From: Oopsacas minuta
Taxonomy: Eukaryota; Animalia; Porifera
NCBI GenBank assembly: GCA_024704765.1
Contig: JAKMXF010000011.1
Coordinates: forward strand, 541,557 to 605,556
Length of the DNA stretch: 64,000 bases
Direction of reading: 5' to 3'
The notes below the pieces were generated by a model. It saw nothing but the letters and a program-made list of their open reading frames with translations. It was not told where the DNA came from and made no database searches. A program made the translations under genes and the position numbers. Numbering within the stretch: position 1 is the stretch's first letter; each line of letters begins with the position of its first letter. This document shows, one piece after another, positions 1 to 9,694 of the stretch.

Positions 1-1142
1 TTATGTAATGTTTATATTCATAAGGAAATTCGATGGTGTTTATGAAGAAAAAGTAAATAAATACATGCTGTATTCCCTTGAATAGTAGCCCCTCGAATAC
101 GCCCCCCTTGAACTACACTTGTACCATGTAGAGTTAGCTGAGATTAAGAAATTCTAACACACTTTACGCTCTGCTACTAGTACATGAAATACTAGAAAGC
201 TGTAGCTATTACAACAGCTTTGTCATTGTTGTTCAACTCACTCGTGTCTCGAAAAGCTAATTATTACTTGATTGTAATTGGTGAAGGGTTAGTCATAAGG
301 GTAGGCCGGAATTTGACCAACGTCGAAGTAGGAATGTGACCAACAAGGCACAAGTATGCTGTTAGGAATTTCACCCCAAAACATCAAGTAGGAATTTAAA
401 TTACACTAATACTAAAATTTAGAAATACATATAACTCAAATTAAGTGACAGAGAGCGTTTAGTATGTTACCTCTTGATGTAGTGTTGGAATACAAGGAAC
501 CATGGGTCACGATCATGGGCGGAGAACGATTTTGGACCAACAAATATTTTGGGAATATCCACATGTAGTTTGAAAATGTTTGGTAGCCTTAATAGCCATA
601 ATTAAAATTTGGGGCTGATAAACATTTTGGGGAGCCAGGCCGCCCTAGGCCTCTCGAAACAACTCTCATGGTCACTATATTAACAACTGATTAAACATAA
701 TTTGCAGGATAACAGCATATTACTCTATAATTCACATCTACTATCTATACGGTACCGACCATACTTGAACATTAGATTATGTGTACATCATGAAATATTT
801 AGAGAATATTCTCAGCATAGATAATCATGATTGTTCTGTCATTATCTCGTATTAGTTTCATTATTGAAACTGAAGCGGGTGTCTCCGTAGCTTAGGTTAA
901 AATTCCTTATTACCTAATACTGTAGCCGCTTTCTGAAATATCAATGTCGATATTTCATGCTTTTAGCTACTTTAAGCCACATAGCCATAGTGAAAGCACT
1001 TAGTGGCAATACCGAGACTAAATATTATGAATAAATAATGATAAAAGGTCACAAGGTATATATGTATGTATAAGCACCTATATGGCCCATAAGTATATGT
1101 TTTGGAGAAAAACAATTAGCTTCCATAATATCAGATCCGAAA

Positions 1143-4100
1143 ATGAAGGTATTATCGTTGGTACTGTTGCTACAGATAATATATGAAGGACATGCATTCT
1201 ATAGACTAGGAACAGTGGGTGTAGGTACAACTAGTGGTACAATCTACTTGATAGATGCTAACACATTATTCCTGAAGGGTTTCTCAGCGAATGAGGCTGT
1301 AGTATTCAGAGGAGGTTCAGGAGGTAATCAAGTTACTGCTACAACCAATAGTGCTCTCTCCAATGTAAACATGATGCTAGATGGGGATGATGACTGGTTG
1401 AATGTATCACCCATTGAGGTTCGTACAGCCAGTGGGGATCAGCTGATAACATCATTTGATGTACCAGGAAATATCCAAATTCCTTGTAGTGCTGAGTATC
1501 TGGGAAAATTTTCTAGAAACGGCGCGAGTACATATCATTCTTTAGCTGGTGATGTGTTTTACGATGCTTTGAATAGACGACTGTTCGTAGCAGGTCTCTA
1601 TCTAGACGGAAATGCTCCAGCAGCATACATGTGGTTGGATACAAATGCAATACCCACAGGATCTGGTGTTAGAGCAGGATATAATGGTAGATATGCGAGA
1701 GTAGATGATGTGAATAACCAGGACACAAATGTTACACTCCCAATAGGAGGTGTACACACAGGCTACAGATCTCTCTCGGTTTGGTGTGAAGCCGTCTCGC
1801 AATCATTTGGCCATATAAGCATACCTCAATCCTCTGATTCATTTGAATGCAGTACAACATACGGATTTGTAATGCTGGGTAATTCTCCTCCTACTCATGG
1901 TGTTTCTGCAAAGGTCTATGTGCTAGGACCGAATACGATAGGGCTAAAAAACTTGTATTTCGATGGGAGTGCCCCTGCTACATGGTATTGGGCTGGATCC
2001 ACTAGTAATGTGCATGACGGCTTCATAGTTGCTAGTGAAAAAGGCAGCTTAGCTGCACTAGGCACTCGTAACAATGCTAACATTGTTTTAACACTTCCAA
2101 CCGACTTTGATGTGTGTAATTCGAATTTCCTTGGTTTATACTGTGTACAGGCTTCAACCTCATTCGGTCAGGTCTATTTCAGCACTGAATATGGATGCAC
2201 GAATTGCCCTCCCATTTGTAAAACAGTAACGCAAACAACTGCGCCTAGTTTCCAATGTCAAGATCTCAGTAGTACTGATCAATTGGAATACCGCTATGAC
2301 CCCACGAATAGCATGGTCACGTTTAGATTCCATACTTGCAACTTGGAAGCTAATCAGTACTTTGCATTTGGATTGAGTGCTAGTAGCAGTGGAGTAGCCA
2401 TGGCTCCAAACGGTGATGTTGTAGTGTGTCAATACTCTACAACAGGTGTGGTGGATTGTTCAGATTATGACCTGACGATTAGATCACAGTGTGCATTATC
2501 TGGTGGGAGTTATAATGGAGCTTGTCCTGATACAGTTCTCACGGGTGGTGCGAATAATTACATCAATACACAAGTTGAAAGTATAAATGCCTTGACAACC
2601 TTCACTACAACTCGAGCTGTCACAACTACAGATAGTCATGATAGAGATTTCACACCGGGCACACCTCAGTACATTATTTGGGCGCGTGGAGGAACATTCT
2701 CCTCTCCCACTAGTGAGAGATGGGTATTACGTCATGCAACTAGCGAGCGTATCTCTGTTTCTTCCCCTATACAGATTGATTATGATAGTACCTCTACTTG
2801 TCCTCAACCTTTAGAGTGTCCCATGTCTACACCTGCTCCAGCCACACCTTGGGAAATTCCTCCACTCTGTATCAACTCTATGAATAGTGAAATACAAGCC
2901 TCCATTGGTAATACAGGTGGGAGTCAAGGCTACAAAGCAATTACTGGTAAAGATGGGTGGGGTATAGCTTGGTATCTGAATGACATACTTATCCCTGAGG
3001 TATATGTATTGCGTGGAACAACAGTTACTTTCCATGTTAATGGAGGTAACGATCCTGCCGACTCAGCTCGGTACCATCCTCTCTACATCACGAACTCTAA
3101 CGAAGGAGGCATTAGTGCACTTGCACTCGCTGAACTAACCATCACTGAGACTGTTTTGGCAGGTTTAGGCTACAATGAAGTATCTGAAACAGTTTCAGAT
3201 CTGAGTGTAGGTCCGTACTGTGAATGGACAGAAACACAGGGAAATGGTGATAACTTTAACACCTTTGAAGAATACAAGAACACACTTGTTTACTCTTGTG
3301 GTAGTAGTGTTACATCAGGTAGTTTTGAATGGACACCTGATTCAAATACAAGTGATCTAGTGTATTACCAATGTGCTACACATCGTCTATTGGGATGGAA
3401 GATTAATGTTGTAAATTCTTTAGATACATGTTACCAAATGGCTGGCATTACAACAGCCACAACCTCAACTACTGGGCCTATAACTTCAACTACTGAACTT
3501 ATTACTTCAACTACTGAACCTATTACTTCAACTACTGAACCTATTACTTCAACTACTGAACCTATTACTTCAACTACTGAACTTATTACTTCAACTACTG
3601 AACTTATTACTTCAACTACTGAACCTATTACTTCAACTACTGAACCTATTACTTCAACTACTGAACTTATTACTTCAACTACTGAACTTATTACTTCAAC
3701 TACTGAACCTATTACTTCAACTACTGAACTTATTACTTCAACTACTAAACTTATTACTTCAACTACTGAACCTATTACTTCAACTACTGAACCTATCACT
3801 GTACCTATAACAACAACCACAACAGAACATGAAACACCCACTACCAAAAATGTTGGACCTACAGCTACAGTATTCCCTTGGGTTATTCCACCAATTTGCA
3901 TTGATTCCAATGACAATACAATCAAAGCTGCAATTGGGGACTCACTAGACGGTTCAACAGTTTGGTACCTGAATGGCTTACCAGCTCCTGAAATCTACAT
4001 TAAGCGAGGTACAGAAGTAACATTCTATGTCAATGGTGGGAACAATCCCTCTGATCCGGACAATTATCATCCGTTGTATTTGACTAGCTCAACTGTAGGT

Positions 4101-4514
4101 GGCATTCTTAAGGTGATCAGTGAGGAGAAATCATTGGACGAGATCATTTTTGCTGGTTTAGTGGATTTCGGAGATAATACTTTCACTATTGATGGAAGCC
4201 TTTGCACTTATACTCAGGCTAGAGATGAAGTACAATTTCAATCGTTTCAAAATTTTCTATTTACTCTAGTTTACAATTGTTCAGGAGATGAAACTGGTCA
4301 ATTTAGTTGGATACCTGATGCTCAGACTCCAGACACGATATACTATCAATGTGCTCAACATGAGAATCATGGAATGAAGATTAATGTAGTGGATGACCTT
4401 GAAGAATGTCATACTCTACTGACACTGGCACTCAATAGCAGTGGCCATTCTCTTCGACCAATTTTCTCTCTGCTAGCAATAGCGTACTTTCTTGTCCTCT
4501 ATCTTAACTTTTAA
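1143..4514 (+). CDS. Secreted/GPI-type DM13-DOMON protein (Skeletor/At5g54830-like) with two C-terminal cupredoxin-like repeats and a Thr-rich stalk
   Basis: 1123-aa single ORF. N-terminal signal; DM13-like repeats (LYLDGNAPAAYMW...LSVWCEAVSQSFGHI; LYFDGSAPATWYWAG...LYCVQASTSFGQV); DOMON-like region (YFAFGLS..AMAPNGDVVV..IIWARG..RH); two copies of a PWxIPP...HPLY...YYQCxxH domain; hydrophobic C-terminus. Confidence 0.85.
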   Translation: MKVLSLVLLLQIIYEGHAFYRLGTVGVGTTSGTIYLIDANTLFLKGFSANEAVVFRGGSGGNQVTATTNSALSNVNMMLDGDDDWLNVSPIEVRTASGDQLITSFDVPGNIQIPCSAEYLGKFSRNGASTYHSLAGDVFYDALNRRLFVAGLYLDGNAPAAYMWLDTNAIPTGSGVRAGYNGRYARVDDVNNQDTNVTLPIGGVHTGYRSLSVWCEAVSQSFGHISIPQSSDSFECSTTYGFVMLGNSPPTHGVSAKVYVLGPNTIGLKNLYFDGSAPATWYWAGSTSNVHDGFIVASEKGSLAALGTRNNANIVLTLPTDFDVCNSNFLGLYCVQASTSFGQVYFSTEYGCTNCPPICKTVTQTTAPSFQCQDLSSTDQLEYRYDPTNSMVTFRFHTCNLEANQYFAFGLSASSSGVAMAPNGDVVVCQYSTTGVVDCSDYDLTIRSQCALSGGSYNGACPDTVLTGGANNYINTQVESINALTTFTTTRAVTTTDSHDRDFTPGTPQYIIWARGGTFSSPTSERWVLRHATSERISVSSPIQIDYDSTSTCPQPLECPMSTPAPATPWEIPPLCINSMNSEIQASIGNTGGSQGYKAITGKDGWGIAWYLNDILIPEVYVLRGTTVTFHVNGGNDPADSARYHPLYITNSNEGGISALALAELTITETVLAGLGYNEVSETVSDLSVGPYCEWTETQGNGDNFNTFEEYKNTLVYSCGSSVTSGSFEWTPDSNTSDLVYYQCATHRLLGWKINVVNSLDTCYQMAGITTATTSTTGPITSTTELITSTTEPITSTTEPITSTTEPITSTTELITSTTELITSTTEPITSTTEPITSTTELITSTTELITSTTEPITSTTELITSTTKLITSTTEPITSTTEPITVPITTTTTEHETPTTKNVGPTATVFPWVIPPICIDSNDNTIKAAIGDSLDGSTVWYLNGLPAPEIYIKRGTEVTFYVNGGNNPSDPDNYHPLYLTSSTVGGILKVISEEKSLDEIIFAGLVDFGDNTFTIDGSLCTYTQARDEVQFQSFQNFLFTLVYNCSGDETGQFSWIPDAQTPDTIYYQCAQHENHGMKINVVDDLEECHTLLTLALNSSGHSLRPIFSLLAIAYFLVLYLNF
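3477..3791 (+). repeat. Coding minisatellite, 15 x 21 bp (C[C/T]TATTACTTCAACTACTGAA) encoding [P/L]ITSTTE
   Basis: Units counted directly in the sequence. Head-to-tail, no spacers. Confidence 0.97.
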
Positions 4515-4923
4515 CTTATATTGTTAATTTAAGTGGACGCTTTTTGTTTTCAATACTCTTCCCCTAGGCTAAATATTATAGATATCCTTAAGCTACTAAT
4601 GGTAATTATGCTATATTATTACTGTATTAGATCTGAATTGTTGTTTTGTCGGTTTATAAACTATTATTAATGATAATCTTGTTTCAGCTCCACATTAAAT
4701 CACCAAAGCATGGGTGCTAAATGCAAAATTAATTACAAATACGTAACAATTTTTATGGTACCTCAAGGAAAAAATGTATCATATTCACTAGCACAGAGAT
4801 ATTAAATCTATAAAATAAGAAGCATTTGTATTCTGTTTGATATAGCGATAGAATGAATAGTCTAAATTAAATTATAAATATAAATTAGCTGTGTAGCAAA
4901 TATCATTAATAGTAAGGAAGCGA

Positions 4924-7152
4924 CTAGCTTGATAAAGAAGATGAGTGTGAAACGATATAATCCTCATCATCCATTTGACTTTCTGAAAGCTTTAGAACTG
5001 ATTCTTGATGACAAGTTTGATAATGTTTTATTACAAATCTGGGAAGTTTGTAAGGATGAACACATATTGGACATAAAAATGAATTAGTCTTTGCATCAAT
5101 GTGTGTGAATAAATGTGAATATATCTCATGTTTTGTTGGGAAACCCTTAATACAGTAAATGCAGTCAAACAGATTTTTTATCAGCTCAGGTTTAGAATCT
5201 TCTTTGGAATTAAAGGATTCTTGTAATAATCGAGCAGTTTTACGTAAAATTAGATTTCCTGTATTATTATCCGATTCTATGGAAAAATGAGTTTGGCGAG
5301 GATGTCGTTTCTTCTTAATAGTAAACCTTCGTCGTTTAGATTTTGTATTTGATTTTTTAAGATTATGATGCGTTACCTTTAATTTTTGTTTCTTGGCTGT
5401 TTGAGTGAGATTGGAATGCCTCGGAGCCAGAGGGGCGTTTGAGAGAGTACCAGTGAGAGGGGCCAGGACGCCCTTGGTATCAGGTATTTGGCTTAAATTG
5501 TGAGTATCAAAGAATTCTTCATGATTTTCATAAATATGTAAAATAATAAGTTTCTGATGCTTGATTTTGAAATCACATTCTGGACAGGAATAATATGCTT
5601 TATCAATCTTATGAATAATCAGATGGTCTAACAAGAGTAACTTGTAAGTAGCTTGGTAGGGACAGTAGAAACATTTTACAGTTGTAGCTTGTATTGTTGG
5701 TGATTTAGTTGACGTCTGTGTGTTTACTTTAGAATTGGGGCCGCCGAATAATTCGTCAAAAGGGTGACTAACCTTCGTGTGTAAATTCATATGGTATTTC
5801 AGTCCATTGCAAGACTGGTATCCTCGAAAGCATATCTGACATTGATACTTCGGGTTGAGTCTATTTGAAGATTTCGATGGGTTATATTTTTTGCTAGGTA
5901 TCTTGTCCGTAGAGACCGACGAAGCTGATAGCACAGTGCCTCTATGTGTGTTCAGGTGACACTCTAGATCAGCTGAAGTATTGAAGTGAGAAGTACAAAA
6001 TTGACAAGGAAAATTATCAAATTCTTGTGTAGAAATTAGTTGTATAGTTTGTAAATTGGTATGAATTGTTGATGAAGCATTTATCTGATCCTCTTGTTCA
6101 TGTTCGCTAGGATTATCAATAAAATTAATAATTGAAGGAACAGAACTAGATTTATGACACATCTGTTCAGAAATCTCACAGGACAATTCACTACCAGTCC
6201 TTTCTTGATTATCAATAACATTATGGTGTATCTGATAAGAATTAGAGGGATTATTACAATCAGTACTAGCATTCTCACTAACATACAATATATTGTACTC
6301 TATGGAATCCTCAGAATACTTATCACTATCCTCTTCTCTCAGTAATTCGCAATCTATCGCGTCATCACTCAATACTGACTGTGTATCTCCAGAAACAAGT
6401 CTACTGTCCCAAACAGCAAGACTGTTCTGTGAGGGATCCCCTGGTAATATATCATAGGTAGCATCTGTTATTTTTGATACAGAAATCTCTCCATTACTGA
6501 ATTCCTGACGTGACGATTCGAGATATTCTCTCATTATCTCACAATCACCACCAGCAACCTCATAAGATACCAACTCAGAATCTGGCCGTGTTGGTTTATC
6601 AACAAAATCTTCGTTAGATATTAAAGTTATATAATCTTCTGCAATTGTAGAAGGGTTTGTATCAGCTATGTGTGGGCCTGCTGACTCTACAATATCAGCA
6701 CTAGGAGAAGATTGCGAGTGTTCATTAGGTAATAACTTGCATTCAATTACATCATTACCACAATTTGATTCTAATTCTACTATAAACTGACAATTTAGTA
6801 CATTTCCTGTCTCAGGATCTTCTTCATTAACATTATTTTCGATAGGACTATCATCAGTTGGAGATAATATGACGTCAGAACGATGGTCATCTTCCAGTGA
6901 GTGTGTAGATGTATCATCTTGCTGATCAGCTGCTTTATTCTTCTCTGATTCCCTAACAGATTTCCGTAATTCATTCAGGAGATTTTGCTGGTCGAGAAAG
7001 AAAGGAAAATATTTTTCAAATAAGTCAACACATTTCCTGCTTGGCTGGCTTTCCCTAACAATTTTCTGTGCCTTTGTAAAATTGTAGATGGGGTGAGAAG
7101 AGTTAGACCTCTTTCTAAGCTGACGTACAGATTCAATTGAGTCAGTTGTCAT
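4924..7152 (-). CDS. C2H2 zinc-finger protein (about six fingers, long acidic low-complexity N-half)
   Basis: 742-aa ORF with motifs such as CQFCTSHFNTSADLECHLNTH, CQICFRGYQSCNGLKYHMNLH, CIYCIKGFPTKHEIYSHLFTH. Confidence 0.9.
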   Translation of the reverse strand: MTTDSIESVRQLRKRSNSSHPIYNFTKAQKIVRESQPSRKCVDLFEKYFPFFLDQQNLLNELRKSVRESEKNKAADQQDDTSTHSLEDDHRSDVILSPTDDSPIENNVNEEDPETGNVLNCQFIVELESNCGNDVIECKLLPNEHSQSSPSADIVESAGPHIADTNPSTIAEDYITLISNEDFVDKPTRPDSELVSYEVAGGDCEIMREYLESSRQEFSNGEISVSKITDATYDILPGDPSQNSLAVWDSRLVSGDTQSVLSDDAIDCELLREEDSDKYSEDSIEYNILYVSENASTDCNNPSNSYQIHHNVIDNQERTGSELSCEISEQMCHKSSSVPSIINFIDNPSEHEQEDQINASSTIHTNLQTIQLISTQEFDNFPCQFCTSHFNTSADLECHLNTHRGTVLSASSVSTDKIPSKKYNPSKSSNRLNPKYQCQICFRGYQSCNGLKYHMNLHTKVSHPFDELFGGPNSKVNTQTSTKSPTIQATTVKCFYCPYQATYKLLLLDHLIIHKIDKAYYSCPECDFKIKHQKLIILHIYENHEEFFDTHNLSQIPDTKGVLAPLTGTLSNAPLAPRHSNLTQTAKKQKLKVTHHNLKKSNTKSKRRRFTIKKKRHPRQTHFSIESDNNTGNLILRKTARLLQESFNSKEDSKPELIKNLFDCIYCIKGFPTKHEIYSHLFTHIDAKTNSFLCPICVHPYKLPRFVIKHYQTCHQESVLKLSESQMDDEDYIVSHSSSLSS

Positions 7153-8541
7153 TTGTGAGGTAGGATAGATTATAAGCTAATACATGTTGGAAATAGTTGT
7201 CATTAATTCTTGTAATAACGTTGTATTTCAATCGTATTTAAGTATTTGTTATAGAACAGACAATACTTATCATCAGGGAGTAAATTTGTAAATAATATAA
7301 TTGTAAGTTCTAGAATGAAATGAATGTCATGGATGTAAATCAATTCAAGAAATTAGCAGATTTCGAGTTACATACTCAGAAATCTAATCATTGAGATAAT
7401 AATATCAAATGTTAAACAGGCGAGGCATATTGACTCAAAAAGTAGTACAGCAGATATTTTCGCTATTTTTACATCTAAGAATTAATAGCAATATTTGCAT
7501 ATAAGCAACCTATTTTCAGGTCCCAATTGTAGATTTTGTATTGATTATGTTCCGCTATTAGCAACCGAAATTCGAGCAAAATGCGAGTTGCTATCAGGTA
7601 ACTCTACTGTGTATTTACTGTGATAATATGAATGTTAAGTAAAACTTCCATAAGATAATGAGGAGATCCCAAAATGAAAATCTTCATTATATTAATATCA
7701 GGTAATTCAGTTTATCATTGCAAATCAATGCTTACATTTAGTAATTATCAAGATTTCCCTTAAATTTGGGGATACCGTACCTTCGCTTGCTAGGTTGCTG
7801 CGCGACAGCTTAGTGCTCCAGGTTAGCTTAAGTATTAATTAAACAGCTATATTCTATAGTGTTATTGGTATCTACGCGACAGAATATACTCGGCACCATG
7901 TACCTCGAATTCACAGAATAGTTAACTGGCTTCTGCCTTAAAATTGTTCCATGCCTCGGGAGTATATGCTACAACCTACAGCCCCTCAAACAGTAGAGGT
8001 TGACCTCAACCATTCTATGATTCGGCTATATTTCTCGGAAAAATCTCAAATAAACAAACTCTAGTGTATATGAAATATATCTTATTCAGCGTGAAAACAG
8101 TGGTTCAGAGACAACAAATTGTCAGGTATAACAACTTACAGATGCATACATATACGTTGTACAATGTGGTAAGGGAAATGTACTCATTTAAATAAGTAGT
8201 ATATATTTCCAAACTTACTCCGAAATTGAAAACAATACAAAGAATACTATTACCCCTAACATTTGCAGAATTTTCAGTTGAAACATACTCTATAGCATAC
8301 ATAGTACAACAAGGCTCCGTATGTTTTAGAAAGCTTACAAATAGTGTAATTACTAACCGATAATGATAATTACAATAATTCGAAAGTTGAAAATATTGAA
8401 TTATATATTTCTTGGTGTTATTATAGTACGACATTTTCAAATTGGATAAATTTCTCTCTAAACGTTTGGAATACAACTCAGGAATTGTGAGGATATATAA
8501 GTCTCTAATTTTGAAACCGAAAAGTAGAAAAAAATTTAGAA

Positions 8542-8838
8542 ATGGCATATCAAACAACAATGAAGAAAGACAGTGCACTCTTGAGTAAAATTCCATGGAC
8601 AAGGTGTCAACTGATCGTTACAAAACCTGATGATATACGTAGGTACATGTATGGACATAAATACACAGAGAAAGAAATTGAAATTGTATTCATGTATAGA
8701 CAGAAGAAAATGAATTGTGAGTATACGAGACGCTGTAGAGAAAAGTTACAGAAACTCAAAGATGAAAAAGATAGATTAGTAAAGAGTAAGGAAGAGCTTC
8801 TGAATGAAATCGATGATTTAAGATCGCAGATGATATGA
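8542..8838 (+). CDS. Small divergent Maf-like bZIP protein
   Basis: 98 aa. Basic region RQKKMNCEYTRRCR (N-x7-R, with Maf-type Y and CR), then a heptad Leu zipper LKDEKDR LVKSKEE LLNEIDD LRSQ. Preceding segment resembles the Maf extended homology region. Confidence 0.7.
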   Translation: MAYQTTMKKDSALLSKIPWTRCQLIVTKPDDIRRYMYGHKYTEKEIEIVFMYRQKKMNCEYTRRCREKLQKLKDEKDRLVKSKEELLNEIDDLRSQMI

Positions 8839-9244
8839 AATACATAACTCATAATTTGCTTAACAAACAATCGTAATTCCCCTATCAGCTTGCAATTAAC
8901 GTATTCATATTGTAGGCAGCCTTTATCGCAGCAATGTGCACACTAAGTATGCTAATACTATACACAGTTCATGGCTAATACTGCTATTTTGTAATTATAA
9001 ATAATTAAAGAAAATATTTACTATTACAATATACAAATAGAGAGGCGAATATAAATATAGCAATATAATGTTACAGTTATCATTCCTATATAATAAAGTA
9101 CTTGTATATTATTTATGGCGAAATACAAGTAGAGTGCAAATATTTGTCCAAGAAATAGAATAACTTATACTTTGTCAACCTGAGTAGAGAAAAGAGCGGG
9201 ACGGAAGGTAATACTTTTCGGGACGTGATGGGACGTAGAATATT

Positions 9245-9637
9245 TGTAGGTTATTAGTCGATCACAAAAATAACGATCACGATCGTTCATTAAATGATCG
9301 GAAATCGTGGTGACAATCCTTGCTAAAAGGATCGCAATCACATACACACGATCATTTTTCCGATCGTATTTCTGAATTATTAGATGGTCTATTACGTTCG
9401 TTCGTACGTCCATGCGAAATCTACCAGTTCGATTGCCATAAAAATCAGTACATACATTTTGATAAATATTTGGGGTCTAGATTCGCAAATTTTCAAATTC
9501 TGTCTGCCTAAAGCGATCGAAATTTTTTCCGGAAATGATCGCGATCTTCCACTCGTTCACTGTTTATAAAATGATCAGAGATCGCCTCCGATCGCCAAAA
9601 ATATTTCACGATTGTGATACGATACTAATGTCCTACA
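9245..9637. mobile_element. GATC-rich MITE-like element with imperfect TIRs
   Basis: Left TGTAGGTTATTAGTCGATCACAA resembles the reverse complement of right TTGTGATACGATACTAATGTCCTACA. No coding capacity. Confidence 0.5.
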
Positions 9638-9694
9638 TATTTGCCAGGCACACAGGACAACAAATAAAATGAATAAATGGAATAATAAACAAAC

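Noticed and set aside
3477-3791. Repeat array as CRISPR
   Set aside because: No unique spacers; it is an in-frame coding minisatellite in a eukaryotic gene.
3431-3925. 164-aa antisense ORF (VVEVIGS repeats)
   Set aside because: Stop-free shadow of the minisatellite.
8105-8602. 165-aa minus-strand ORF and 8607-8870 ORF
   Set aside because: No motifs, AT-rich composition, antisense to the bZIP gene.
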